NCBI GenBank assembly: GCA_963839305.1
Contig: CAWIUL010000011.1
Span: forward strand, 2,249,561-2,313,560
DNA: 64,000 nt
Direction of reading: 5' to 3'
From: an uncultured delta proteobacterium
GTDB taxonomy: Bacteria; Myxococcota_A; Polyangia; Polyangiales; Polyangiaceae
Shown one piece after another: positions 11,510-21,737 of this stretch. Within the stretch, counting starts at the first letter, position 1. The number at the start of each line of letters is the position of its first letter. The notes beneath the pieces are model-generated. The model had not been told where the DNA came from. It ran no database searches and saw only the letters and a program-made list of their open reading frames with translations. A program made the translations under genes and the position numbers.

Positions 11510-12000
11510 GACCGCGATTCGGCTCGATCTCCGCGACGTACTTCGTCGAGGATCGACGGTTCGCATGGATCTTCGGACGTTGCCGTCCTTTCGATGACGA
11601 TCGTCTCGCGCATCTCGATCGTCGCGCCGAGCTTGTCGATGTACTTCGACGCGCACGCCGAACTGGTTAGCGAGCTCGAGCTTCGAGATCGCTCGACGAG
11701 GTGAAACGGCAGCTTGTGGTGCTCGGCGAACGCGCGGTGCGAGTCGTCGTGTCGACCGAGCAGATACCCGAGTCGAGCACGACGCCGCTCTTCTGGTAGC
11801 GTGCCCCGCGTCGCGAGACGCGCTCGGCCTCGTCGCTGCAGCCCGCGGTCGCGTCGTTCGGATAGAAGTAGAGGACGACGGCTTGACGCGCTTGAGCGTC
11901 GCGCTGTCGGGCTTCGTGTCGGTCCGAGGCGACGATGGAGAACGTCGGGCGCGGCGCGTCGCCGACGGCGATCTGGCGCTCGCCGACGCGGGCTCGGCTC
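11510..12000 (-). pseudogene. bcp: Bcp-type peroxiredoxin (thiol peroxidase) remnant with >=3 frameshifts
   Basis: Frame 1: ..GDAPRPTFSIVASDRHEARQRDAQARQAVVLYFYPNDATAGCSDEAE.. (Bcp active site VLVYFYPKDxTPGCT). Frame 2: ..DDSHRAFAEHHKLPFHLV.. (Bcp ..KFAEKxxLPFPLLSD). Frame 3: ..ELANQFGV.. (Bcp ..VCEQFGVW). Back to frame 2: ..RETIVIER... Confidence 0.45.
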
Positions 12001-12085
12001 GTGCCTCGGGCTGCGAGCTCTCCGCGACGCCGCACGCGTGACGATCGGGACGAGCAGCGAGGAGCTGCCGCATGCGCACAACATG

Positions 12086-15000
12086 TCAGAGAATCCCGAA
12101 CTCCTTGAGGCGCCGGTAGAACGTGCGCCGCGGGATTCCGGTGAGCTCCGCGGCCTTCACGCGGTTCCAGTCGCAGGCAGCGAGCGCGCGCAAGATGCGC
12201 TCCTTCTCCGAGTCTTTGTACTCGGCCTCGTTGCGCGCGGGGCGCACGGCGGAGCGCGACGAGCCCGTCGACGAGATGGAGCGGCTGTCCATCGTCGGCA
12301 GCTGGATGTCGCCTTCGCCGAGCTCGCGCTCTTCGCCCATCAGCCACGCGTTCAAGAGGACGTGCTCGAGCTGACGCACGTTGCCGGGCCACTCGTACGC
12401 GCACATGCGGCGGAGCGCGTCGCGCGCGATCGTCTTTCGCTCGCGGCGATAGCGTGACGAGAACAGCGTGAGGAAGTGATCGATGAGCGGCGGGATGTCC
12501 TCGGTGCGCTCGCGAAGCGGCGGCACGCGCACCTCGACGACGTGCAGGCGGTAGTAGAGGTCCTCGCGAAACGTCCCGTCCTTCACCATTTGCTCGAGAT
12601 CGCGGTTGGTCGCCGCGATGATGCGCACGTCGACGGGCTCTTCGGCGGCGCCGCCGACGGGCCGCACCTTCTTCTCCTGGAGCACGCGGAGGAGGCTCGC
12701 TTGCATCTTGATCGGCATCTCGCCGATCTCGTCGAGCAACAGCGTTCCGCCCTCCGACTCGCGGAGGAGGCCCTTGCGATCGCGATCGGCGCCGGTGAAC
12801 GCGCCGCGCACGTGGCCGAAGAGCTCGCTCTCGAGGAGGTTCGCGGGGATCGCGCCGCAGTTGACGCCCGTGAACGATTTCTTCGCGCGCGCGCTCGCCA
12901 TGTGGATCGCGCGCGCGACGACCTCTTTGCCCGTGCCGCTCTCGCCGGTGATGAGCACGGGGACGTCGGCGTCCTTGATGCGATCGACGAGCGCGTACAC
13001 CTTGCGCATCGCGCCGCTCGTGCCGACGAGGCCCGCGTAGCCGAAGTGGCTCTTGAGGCCCGCGCGCGCGCGGCTCAGATCGCGACGAGCCTCTGCGAGC
13101 TGCTCGGTGCGGCGATCGAGCGTCCCCTCGAGGCGCGCGCGCGCTTGCTCGAGCTCCGCGTTCTTCACGGCGAGCTCCTTCACGAGGCGCGCGTTCTCGA
13201 TCGCGATCGCCGCTTGGTCGGCGAACGCGGCGAGGAGTGGGAGCTCTTGCTCGAAGCGCAGGCCGGGGCGGACGCGCGTCTCGACGTAGAGCGCGCCGAT
13301 GGGGCGACCGAGCGGCGGCGCGCCGCGCACCGGGACGCACGCGATCGACTGGATCGCGAGCTGGTGCACGCTCACGGCCTCGGCGAGGCGCGCGTCTTCG
13401 CGCGCGCGCATCGCGACCACGGGCTCGCCGGTCTCGACGACCTTCTCGGCGACCGAGCGCGAGAAGACCGCGTGCGGGTCGTCGCCCTTCCGATCGCGCG
13501 ACGCGTGCGCTTCGAGCGTACCGTCCTCGTTCTCGAGCAAGACGAAGCCTCGCTCTCCGCCGAGAAGGGCGATCGCGTGATCGGTGACCTTGGCGAGGAG
13601 GCGAGGCAGATCGTGCTCGGTCGCGAGCTCGCGCACGATCTCGAGCACGCGCGCGAGCTTGTCCTCGGGCGGCTTCGCGATCGAGAGGCTCGAGAGCGTC
13701 GGCGACTCGAGCTTCGGAGGGACTCGCACGCTCGGCGCCGTGACGTTCACGGCCGTGCGGAGCGCGGCGCGGCGCGGCTCGTCCCAGAAGACCTCGCGGA
13801 GATCGCGCGGGAGCTTCGACGCGGTCTCTTCGAGCATCGAGACGGCGCCTTCGATGTCGCGCCTCGCTTGGACGCGTAGGCCTTGAGCCCCGAGGACGCG
13901 CGCGCGCGCCTGGAGCGCCCAGACGCCGAGCTCTTGCTGCCCCGCGGACTTCGCGCTCGTGACGGCTTCGTCGAGCGCCGTCTTGGCCTTCTCGTCGTGG
14001 CCCGCGCGCGACTCGATCACGCCGCGGACGAGCAGCGCTAGCGCGCGGTGAGCATCGCCCGCGGCGCCCTCGACGGCGTCGAGATCGGCGAGCGAAGGCG
14101 GCTTGGGCTGCGTCGTGCGCATGAAGAGCGCCTCGAGCCGCGATTCGACCGCGTCGAGCGCGCGCCCCTGCTTTTCGTAGGCGATCGCGCACTCCTCGTA
14201 GAGTCGCGCGGACGACTCGACGTCGCCCGTGCGCGCCGCGAGCTCGGCGCGGCACCCGAGGAGCTGCGCGCCCGCGAAGCTCGACTCCGCGAGCGAGCCC
14301 AGGTTCGCGCGGAGCGCGTCGATCGCGGCGCGCGCGCGCGCGTGCCGGCCGAGGTATAGGTCGAGGTTCACGAGGTTCATGCGCGCCTGCTGGACCGCGA
14401 GCAAGCCGCCCGCGCGCTTTCCGAGATCGACGGTGGCCTCGAGGTGCTCGAGCGCGCGCGCGACGTCGCCCTCTTCGCGCGCGAGGCCCGCGAGGTTCAG
14501 CCGCGTCGCCGCCACGGTGCTCGCGTCCCGCGCGCGCTCGGAGAGCTCGAGCGCCTTCTCGTACGCGCCCTTCGCCTCGGACGAGCGGCCCGCGCGCTGG
14601 TGCACGAGGCCGAGCGATCCGAGCGCGAAGCCCTCGCCGCGCACGTCTGCGTTCTTGCGCGCGATCGTGAGCGCGCGCTCGAGGCTCGCCTGCGCCGCCG
14701 CGTCGTCTCCGAGATACGCCTGCGCGACGCCGATCGTCGCGACGGCCTCGATCGCCGCGCCGACGTCGAGCGCGTCTTCGTCGACGAGCGCCGCGCGCGC
14801 CGCTGCGATCGAGTCCGCGAAGCGGCCCGCGCGAAGGAGCGCTCGACTCATCGCGACGTTCCAGGCGCGCGCCTCCGCCCCCTTCGGTGCGGCGCGCTCG
14901 AGCACGGCGATCGCGAGCGACGGCTCGCCGCGCGCCGTGCGCACGCGAGCCTCGGCGATCGCCGCGCGCACCTTCATTTCACGGGAGGACCCGGTGAAAT

Positions 15001-16453
15001 CTGCGCCCGCGAGCTGCTCCTCGGCTTGCGAGACGCGCCCCAGCTCGATGAGCCTCTCGGCGCGCGCGAGCGCCTGCTCGGGCGTCTCGGCGATCGCCGG
15101 CGCGTCTTCCACCGCCTCGTCGATGTCGCTCTCCGAGACCACGGCGCGACCCGCGAGAGCGCGCACCGCCGCGCGCAGCGCGCCTGGCTTTCTTCCGGAG
15201 CGCTCCGCGAGGTGACGCGCGAGCGCGCGCGGGAGCGAGGGCATCGCGCGGAGCAAGAGATCGTCGGTCGTCGCGGCGTCGAGCGGCGGCACCTCGAACT
15301 TCGTGACGCGCCCGCCCCCGAGCGCCTTCACGGTCGCCTCGCTCGACGCGACGACGAGCCGCGCGCCGCCCTTCGTCGCCTCGCGCACGAGCACGCGCGC
15401 GCCCTCTTCGAGCGCGTCGCCGTCGTCGATCACGATCACGGTCTTCGGCGACGGCTTGCTCGCGACCTCGAGCGCGATCGCGTCGCGCCACGCGAGCTCG
15501 GTGCGCGGCTTCTCCGCGAGCACCACGTGCTTTCCCTCGATGCCGAGCGTCCACGCGACGCGCCGGAGGAGCGTGCTGCGCCCCGAGCCGCGCTCTCCCA
15601 CGACGACGAGCACGTCTCCGGCACCGAGCGCGCGCGCCGCGACCGCGAGCTTGTCCGAGACGCCGTCGATGCCTACGACGGGCCAAGCCTCCGCCTCGAC
15701 CGCGGGCGGAAGCTTCGCCGCGAGGCGGATCGCGCTCGCGATCTCGCCCGTGCTCGGGTAGCGCTTCTGCGGATCGTCGTCCTTGCCGCGCGCGGCGATC
15801 TTCGCGAGCGCCATGCGCGGCTCGTCGGGCAGATCCGATCCGCGCCGCGCGAGCCCTTCGGCGAGCGTCGCGGCGAGCGCGTAGACCTCCGCGCGCACCG
15901 TGAGCGGCTCGCCCGCAAGAAGCTCCGGAGCCGCGTATTTCGGCGTGAGCCCGCGCGCGCGCGTCCCGCCTTCGCGCAGCGGCGCCGCGAGCCCGAGATC
16001 GACGAGCGTCCCGCGATGATCCGCGGAGACGATCACGTTCGCGGGCTTCACGTCGCCGTGAAGAAGCCCCGCGCGATGGAGCGCCGTGAGCTGATCGGCC
16101 GCGTGCGCGAGCGGCTCGAGCCACTCGCGCTCGTCTCCCGTCATGACGCTCTGGTCGAAGATTTCGTCGAGGCTCCTGCCCTCGACGAGCTCGCGCACCA
16201 TGTACCTTCGCCCCGCGTTCTCGTCGCCGAGCGTCCCGAACGCGAGCACGCGCGGCACGCCGAGCCCCTCGAGCCCCGAGAGCGCGACGGCCTCACGCAC
16301 GAGCGCGACGAGCTCGAGCTCGCCCGCGTCCTTCGCGAGCACCTTCAGCGCGCAGCGCGTCCCGAGCACGCGATCGCGCACGGCCCACACTTCGCCTCCG
16401 CCGCCCTGACCGAGACGGTGGAGCGCTTCGTAACGCGGCGGAAGCCCCTTCAC
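12086..16453 (-). CDS. multidomain regulator: Ser/Thr protein kinase + P-loop ATPase + TPR + GAF + sigma-54 interaction (AAA+) + Fis-type HTH
   Basis: GTG at 16453. The kinase domain runs from YEALHRLGQGGGGEVWAV...HGDVKPANV...KYAAPE. A P-loop GERGSGRST follows, then TPR-like repeats. The GAF-like region is ..VTDHAIALLGGERGFVLL... The EBP core has GESGTGKE...GAFTGA...ESELFGH. The C-terminal HTH is ..AAELTGIPRRTFYRRLKEFGIL. Confidence 0.8.
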   Translation of the reverse strand: MKGLPPRYEALHRLGQGGGGEVWAVRDRVLGTRCALKVLAKDAGELELVALVREAVALSGLEGLGVPRVLAFGTLGDENAGRRYMVRELVEGRSLDEIFDQSVMTGDEREWLEPLAHAADQLTALHRAGLLHGDVKPANVIVSADHRGTLVDLGLAAPLREGGTRARGLTPKYAAPELLAGEPLTVRAEVYALAATLAEGLARRGSDLPDEPRMALAKIAARGKDDDPQKRYPSTGEIASAIRLAAKLPPAVEAEAWPVVGIDGVSDKLAVAARALGAGDVLVVVGERGSGRSTLLRRVAWTLGIEGKHVVLAEKPRTELAWRDAIALEVASKPSPKTVIVIDDGDALEEGARVLVREATKGGARLVVASSEATVKALGGGRVTKFEVPPLDAATTDDLLLRAMPSLPRALARHLAERSGRKPGALRAAVRALAGRAVVSESDIDEAVEDAPAIAETPEQALARAERLIELGRVSQAEEQLAGADFTGSSREMKVRAAIAEARVRTARGEPSLAIAVLERAAPKGAEARAWNVAMSRALLRAGRFADSIAAARAALVDEDALDVGAAIEAVATIGVAQAYLGDDAAAQASLERALTIARKNADVRGEGFALGSLGLVHQRAGRSSEAKGAYEKALELSERARDASTVAATRLNLAGLAREEGDVARALEHLEATVDLGKRAGGLLAVQQARMNLVNLDLYLGRHARARAAIDALRANLGSLAESSFAGAQLLGCRAELAARTGDVESSARLYEECAIAYEKQGRALDAVESRLEALFMRTTQPKPPSLADLDAVEGAAGDAHRALALLVRGVIESRAGHDEKAKTALDEAVTSAKSAGQQELGVWALQARARVLGAQGLRVQARRDIEGAVSMLEETASKLPRDLREVFWDEPRRAALRTAVNVTAPSVRVPPKLESPTLSSLSIAKPPEDKLARVLEIVRELATEHDLPRLLAKVTDHAIALLGGERGFVLLENEDGTLEAHASRDRKGDDPHAVFSRSVAEKVVETGEPVVAMRAREDARLAEAVSVHQLAIQSIACVPVRGAPPLGRPIGALYVETRVRPGLRFEQELPLLAAFADQAAIAIENARLVKELAVKNAELEQARARLEGTLDRRTEQLAEARRDLSRARAGLKSHFGYAGLVGTSGAMRKVYALVDRIKDADVPVLITGESGTGKEVVARAIHMASARAKKSFTGVNCGAIPANLLESELFGHVRGAFTGADRDRKGLLRESEGGTLLLDEIGEMPIKMQASLLRVLQEKKVRPVGGAAEEPVDVRIIAATNRDLEQMVKDGTFREDLYYRLHVVEVRVPPLRERTEDIPPLIDHFLTLFSSRYRRERKTIARDALRRMCAYEWPGNVRQLEHVLLNAWLMGEERELGEGDIQLPTMDSRSISSTGSSRSAVRPARNEAEYKDSEKERILRALAACDWNRVKAAELTGIPRRTFYRRLKEFGIL

Positions 16454-16457
16454 ATCC

Positions 16458-17363
16458 CTACTTCGGAGTCGACTTCGTGCTCTCGAAGCCGTAGTACGCC
16501 GCGAAGTTGAAGAAGAAGCCGGTGATCGAGAAGCCCGTCTGCAGGCGCATCTCGAGCTGCTTGATCGGCTTGAACCGCAAGCCCAAGATCGGGAGCTCGA
16601 TCCACGGCATGATGTTCGGCACGCTGCCGCTCGGCGAGTCGAACCACATCGGCTCGCGGTGGCCCTTGCCCGCGCCGACCTTGTCCACCGTCGAGTTCTG
16701 GTGCTGGTTCGCGTTGCAGCCGTTCGGTCCCGTCTGCACGCACTGGTAGTACGTCGTGCCGGCCTGGTCCTTGTAGACGTTGCCGCCCGTGTTCGTGTCG
16801 CTGACCCATGTATTATACAAGTCACCGAACACGCCGCCGACGCCGACGGCGAAGCCGAACTCGAAGTCGACCTGACCGGCCTTCGCGATCGGCACCGACC
16901 AGAGCAGGTCGACGGTGAGGTAGACGGCCTTCAGCTCCGAGCTCACGACCGTCGTGTTGCCGACGCCGCTCTTGCCCTTCTCGACGAAGATCGTCGGATC
17001 CATCTGGTAGTTCGTGAAGTTCAGGCCCGGCACGATCGAGAAGTGATCCTTGCGGTAGTCGAGGCTGATCCCGGCCGTGCTCGAGCCGACGAGGTTCGGT
17101 CCCTGGTCGACGAACAGTTGGATGATGAACGCCGGCACGAGCGTGAGCCGGTAGTTCGCGCCGAGGAAGTAGTAGCCGCGCCCCTTCTCTTCGAGGACGT
17201 CGGTGATCTTCTCTTCCGTCGTCGTCGGCGCCGTCGCGTTCGCGTTCGTGTTCGTCGCGCCGGTCGAGACGGTCGTCGTCGCGCCCGTGTCATCCGCGAA
17301 CGCTCGAGGCGCCGCGAGCCCAACCGTCAGAGCCACCAAGCAAGTCAAAGACAGACGTTTCAT
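16458..17363 (-). CDS. secreted / outer-membrane-like protein with signal peptide and Thr-rich linker
   Basis: MKRLSLTCLVALTVGLAAPRAFA signal peptide, then TTTVSTGATNTNANATAPTTTEE. The C-terminus ends in aromatic residues (..FNFAAYYGFESTKSTPK), typical of beta-barrel proteins. Confidence 0.55.
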   Translation of the reverse strand: MKRLSLTCLVALTVGLAAPRAFADDTGATTTVSTGATNTNANATAPTTTEEKITDVLEEKGRGYYFLGANYRLTLVPAFIIQLFVDQGPNLVGSSTAGISLDYRKDHFSIVPGLNFTNYQMDPTIFVEKGKSGVGNTTVVSSELKAVYLTVDLLWSVPIAKAGQVDFEFGFAVGVGGVFGDLYNTWVSDTNTGGNVYKDQAGTTYYQCVQTGPNGCNANQHQNSTVDKVGAGKGHREPMWFDSPSGSVPNIMPWIELPILGLRFKPIKQLEMRLQTGFSITGFFFNFAAYYGFESTKSTPK

Positions 17364-17546
17364 GTGCCATCGCCTCCACGCGCCAGCTCGTGCCACGCTT
17401 CGGTCGATGCTACACTAACGTTTAGCGGCGCACGCAATTTCGTTTTGATTCTCTTCGGTAGGAACGTCGACCAGACCATCGATCGCCACGAGCGGGAGAC
17501 GTTCGTGAAGGAGGTCGTCGTCACCCGTGGGGCCGTGCCGCTCGCG

Positions 17547-18461
17547 ATGGTCCGCAAACGCCTGGCGCGGAACGAGGGCGGGACACGCGGTCTCGTGCTC
17601 TTGGTCCACGGGTTCGGCCAGAACCGGTACGCGTGGCACCTGCCGTCGCGGAGCATGGCGAACTACCTGGCGAAGGCGGGTTACGACGTATTCAACCTGG
17701 ATTTGCGCGGGCACGGACGCTCGCGGCACTTCGGGTCGCGGCGGTCGAAGAGCGTGTGCGACTACGTCGAAGAGGATCTCCCGCGTGCGGTGGAAGAGGT
17801 TCGTGCGATCGCGGGCGATCGGCCCGTGTTCCTCGTGGGGCACTCGCTCGGCGGGCTCGTGAGCTACGCGGCCGCGCCGGGGCTCGCGGGTGCGATCGGC
17901 GGCGTCGCGTCCTTCGGAAGCCCGTACCACTTCGGCCGGGGCTCGACCTCGCTCACCGCGATCGCGACGTTCGTTCGCCTCGTTAACGTGCTGCGACTGA
18001 AGCCGAACCCGCCGGTGCCGCTCCGGCCCGTGGGCCTGACGATGGCCGCGTTCCGCGTGCTCGCCGAGAGCCCGCTCTACCCGATGCCCTGGCGCGGCTG
18101 GCACAAAGGCTCGATGGAGCCCAACGTGCTGAACGAGCATTTGAAGCTCGCGTTCGATCGCGCCGGCCTCGCCGAGCTCGCCGAGATGTTCGAGTGGGCC
18201 GCGCAGAAGCGATTCGGCGGCGACAAAGACTACGGCGAGCGCTTCGAGAAGCTCGACGTCCCGCTCCTCGTCGTCGCGGGGGCGCACGACGATCTCGCGC
18301 CGCCCGAAGGTGTGCAACCTGCCTACGCGCGGAGCCAATCGCGTGACAAAACGTATCGCACGCTGCCACTCGGCCACATCGACTTGTTGGTCGGCCGCGA
18401 AGCGCCGCAGACTACTTGGCCGATGCTCGCCAAATGGATCTCGGGTCGCGTCGAGCGCTGA
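17547..18461 (+). CDS. alpha/beta-fold hydrolase (start possibly upstream, GTG/TTG near 17470-17500)
   Basis: ..LVLLVHGFGQNRYAW...GHSLGG.. nucleophile elbow, ..AGAHDDL.., ..LGHIDLL... Confidence 0.75.
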   Translation: MVRKRLARNEGGTRGLVLLVHGFGQNRYAWHLPSRSMANYLAKAGYDVFNLDLRGHGRSRHFGSRRSKSVCDYVEEDLPRAVEEVRAIAGDRPVFLVGHSLGGLVSYAAAPGLAGAIGGVASFGSPYHFGRGSTSLTAIATFVRLVNVLRLKPNPPVPLRPVGLTMAAFRVLAESPLYPMPWRGWHKGSMEPNVLNEHLKLAFDRAGLAELAEMFEWAAQKRFGGDKDYGERFEKLDVPLLVVAGAHDDLAPPEGVQPAYARSQSRDKTYRTLPLGHIDLLVGREAPQTTWPMLAKWISGRVER

Positions 18462-18530
18462 GATCCCGAACCGCTGACCATTGCCCTTTGAAGAGGGTGA
18501 GCTATGGCTGAATACCTAGGGAGGACTTCT

Positions 18531-20410
18531 TGAACACGCTTAAATTCTCGGTGGCCCTCGTCATCGCGGCGGCCTTTGGTTGCACCACGCAAACGACCGT
18601 CGTCGATCCGCCGACGCCCGTGTCGCCCAATCAGCCCACCGTATTCGCGGGCGCGACGTTCCAGGCGGAGACGCCGCCTGCGCCGATCTCCGGCGGAACG
18701 CTCCTCGCGATCACGCGCCAAGACGGAACCGCCATCGCGCTCGCTTCGGATCCGGACGAGGACGTGGTGAACGTGGTCGCGCTCGGCGCGAATCCGCAGC
18801 TGCTCAACACCGTCGCGCTCCAGCCGGGCGATCAGCCCGGTCGCCTCGTCGTCGACGGTGCGGGTCGCGTGCACGTCGTCCTCCGCGAGGGCGGCGCGAT
18901 CGCGACGCTCGTCCTCGGCCAAAACGGCGCTTCGCTCTTGATGCGTCGATCGGTCTGCAACTCGCCGCGCGGCATCGACTACGACGCGTCGACGGACTCG
19001 ATCTGGGTCGCGTGCGCGACGGGCGAGCTCATGTCGCTCCCGGCGGCCGGCGGTCCCGCGACGATCAGCGTGCAGCTCGACCGCGATCTCCGCGATGTCG
19101 TCGTCGACGGCGACAACTTGTATGTTACACGCTTCCGCTCGGCGCAGGTCCTCACGGTCGACAAGACCGGCGCGGTCCTGAACACGGCGCTTCCGGCGAT
19201 GCCGTCGAGCGTGATGTCCGCGTCCGCTCCCGACGTCGCGTGGCGCGCGGGCAAGCTGCCGAACGGCGGCGTCCGCGTCCTTTATCAAGTGGCGTCCAAC
19301 ACGCCGATCGACGTGGCGCAGCCTCCGGGCGTGAGCTCGTACGGCGGCACGTCACAGAGCACGATCGTCCAAGGCGGCGCGGGCGGCGTCGTCACCGTCG
19401 CGGTCGCCTCGATGGGCGGCAACCAGGGCGCGGTCGCGCTCCACTCGAACCCCGTCGTCGACATGGCGACCTCGCCGCTCGGCGATTTCGAGACCGTGTC
19501 GATCAAGGGCGTCATCGAGACGAGCGGCAACGACGTCCTCGACCCGCAGTTCCAATCGGTGTTCGTCGTCGACGACGGCCTCAGCTCCGGCACGCCGGAC
19601 GAGTTCACCGCGATCGCCGACGCGCGCGGCGCGCAGGTCCCGACGCTCGTGCTTCAGCGTCGCGGCGCAAACCCGGGCCTCATCGTCCTTCGTGCGCCGC
19701 TCAATCAGTCGCTGCAGAGCGCGGCGCTCCTCGGGGTCGTGCAGTTCCACCAGAACAAATCGCACGTCGACACCGGCTTCGACGTGTTCCACATGCCGAC
19801 CGGCGTCGGCATCGCGTGCATGAACTGTCACCCCGAAGGCGGAGACGACAGCCACACGTGGCATTTCTCGCTCGCGAGCGGAGAGCGCGTGCGCCGCACG
19901 CAGTCGCTCCGCGGCGGCGTCGTGACGCCGAGCGCGCCTTATCACTGGGACGGCGACATGGCCGACCTGCAGACGCTCTGCGACGAGGTCTTCACGCACC
20001 GCATGGGCGGCATGGCGATCAGCGCCGCGCAGACGCCCGCGCTCGCGCGCTTCCTCAACTCGATGCCGCGCGTCCCCGTTCGTGCGACGCTCGATCAGAC
20101 GCGCGTCGCGGCAGGCAAGGCGCTCTTCGACGGCGCGGCCGCGTGCGGCACGTGCCACATCGCCGGCGCCGGCACCCGCCCGGACAACCAAGACATCGGC
20201 AAGACCGACTCGCTCGGCGCGACCCCGGCGCTCCAAGTTCCGATGCTCGTCGGCGTCGCGGATCGCGCGCCTTACATGCACGACGGCTGCGCGACCACGC
20301 TGATGGATCGCTTCACGGACCCGAGCTGCGCGGGCTCGAAGCACGGAAACACCGACGCCCTCACCGCGGACGACAAGCAGAACCTCGTCGAGTACCTCGA
20401 GAGCCTGTAG
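18531..20410 (+). CDS. lipoprotein with N-terminal beta-rich domain and C-terminal diheme c-type (cytochrome-c-peroxidase/MauG-like) domain
   Basis: TTG start with AGGGAGGA 6 nt upstream. Lipobox AAFGC. Two CxxCH motifs (CMNCH and CGTCH) about 130 aa apart, as in diheme CCPs. Confidence 0.65.
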
Positions 20411-20455
20411 CTCTTAATCTGCTCCGCGGCTTCGCCGCGATGGTAAAGACGCCGC

Positions 20456-21676
20456 ATGCCAGCGGCGTTCTCGCGCGGAGCACGGCTCGCGGTCATCGTC
20501 GCCGCGCTCGGCTATTTCGTCGACATCTACGACCTGCTCCTCTTCGGCATCGTCCGGAAGACGAGCTTGGAGAGCCTCGGCATCGCCGCGGACGCGCAGA
20601 TCGGTCCGACGCAGCTGCTCCTCAACGTGCAGATGATCGCGCTCCTCATCGGCGGCATCCTCTGGGGGACGCTCGGCGACAAGCGTGGGCGAATCTCGGT
20701 GCTCTTCGGCAGCATCATCCTCTACTCGCTCGCCAACATCGCGAACGGCTTCGTGCACACGGTCCCGCAGTACGCGGCCGCGCGATTCCTCGCGGGGCTC
20801 GGGCTCGCGGGCGAGCTCGGCGGCGGCATCACGCTCGTCAGCGAGTCGCTCGACGAGGAGTGGCGCGGCTACGGCACGACGATCGTCGCGAGCTTCGGCA
20901 TCCTCGGCGCGGTCGTCGGCGTCTTCGTCGCGAAGCTCACCGTCTGGCGCGTCTCGTACTTCATCGGCGGCGGCCTGGGCTTGGCGCTCCTGCTCCTGCG
21001 CGTGGGCGTGCTCGAGTCGGGCTTCTACGAGCGCGTGAAGAAGGACGTGTCGATCGAGCGCGGGAACTTCTTCGCGCTCTTCGCGACGCGCTCGCGCGTC
21101 CGCCGCTACGTCACCGTCATCCTCGTGGGCGTCCCCATCTGGTACGCCGTCGCCATCCTCGTGACGCTCTCGCCCGAGGTCGGCCGCGCGATGGGCCTCA
21201 AGCCCGCGCCGGACGCAGCGTTCGCGATCCTCGTGAACTACGCAGGCCTCGCGCTTGGCGGCTTCGCGAGCGGCCTCTTGAGTCAGCGGCTCAAGAGCCG
21301 AAAGCGCGCGCTGCTCGCGTTCATCCTGATCACGGCGGCGAGCTTGCCGATCTATTTCTTCCTCGGCCGCCACTCGCTCGCGCTCTTCTACGCCGCGAGC
21401 GTCGTGCTCGGATTCGGCACGGGCTACTGGTCGGTGTTCGTGACCGTGGCCGCGGAGCAGTTCGGCACGAACGTGCGCGCGACCGCGACGACCACCGCGC
21501 CGAACTTCGTCCGCGGCTCGGTCGTCCCCGTGACGCTCGCGTTCAACGCGCTGAAGGGCCCGCTCGGCGTCGTAGGCAGCGCCGCGGCCGTCGGCGCGAT
21601 CACGCTCGTCATCGCGCTCCTCGCGCTCCGCTCCCTCCCGGAGACGTACGGAAAGTCGCTCGACTTCGTGGAGTAG
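20456..21676 (+). CDS. MFS transporter
   Basis: 12 predicted TM segments. MFS motifs ..GTLGDKRGR.. (loop 2-3) and ..GLAGELGGG... Confidence 0.85.
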   Translation: MPAAFSRGARLAVIVAALGYFVDIYDLLLFGIVRKTSLESLGIAADAQIGPTQLLLNVQMIALLIGGILWGTLGDKRGRISVLFGSIILYSLANIANGFVHTVPQYAAARFLAGLGLAGELGGGITLVSESLDEEWRGYGTTIVASFGILGAVVGVFVAKLTVWRVSYFIGGGLGLALLLLRVGVLESGFYERVKKDVSIERGNFFALFATRSRVRRYVTVILVGVPIWYAVAILVTLSPEVGRAMGLKPAPDAAFAILVNYAGLALGGFASGLLSQRLKSRKRALLAFILITAASLPIYFFLGRHSLALFYAASVVLGFGTGYWSVFVTVAAEQFGTNVRATATTTAPNFVRGSVVPVTLAFNALKGPLGVVGSAAAVGAITLVIALLALRSLPETYGKSLDFVE

Positions 21677-21737
21677 CTCTCCGAGCTACCCGCGATCGGC
21701 CTGCGCGTAGCTCCAGGGTGGCGCGTTGCCGCGACGA

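Noticed and set aside
17381-17396. TGGCACG (sigma-54 -24-like) on the minus strand near the secreted-protein gene
   Set aside because: The spacing to a GC -12 element is off by one, and it lies inside the coding N-terminus.
21683-21713. gagctac...gtagctc 7-bp inverted repeat between convergent MFS and lipoprotein genes as a bidirectional terminator
   Set aside because: It has a 17-nt loop and no U-tract. It is too weak to call.
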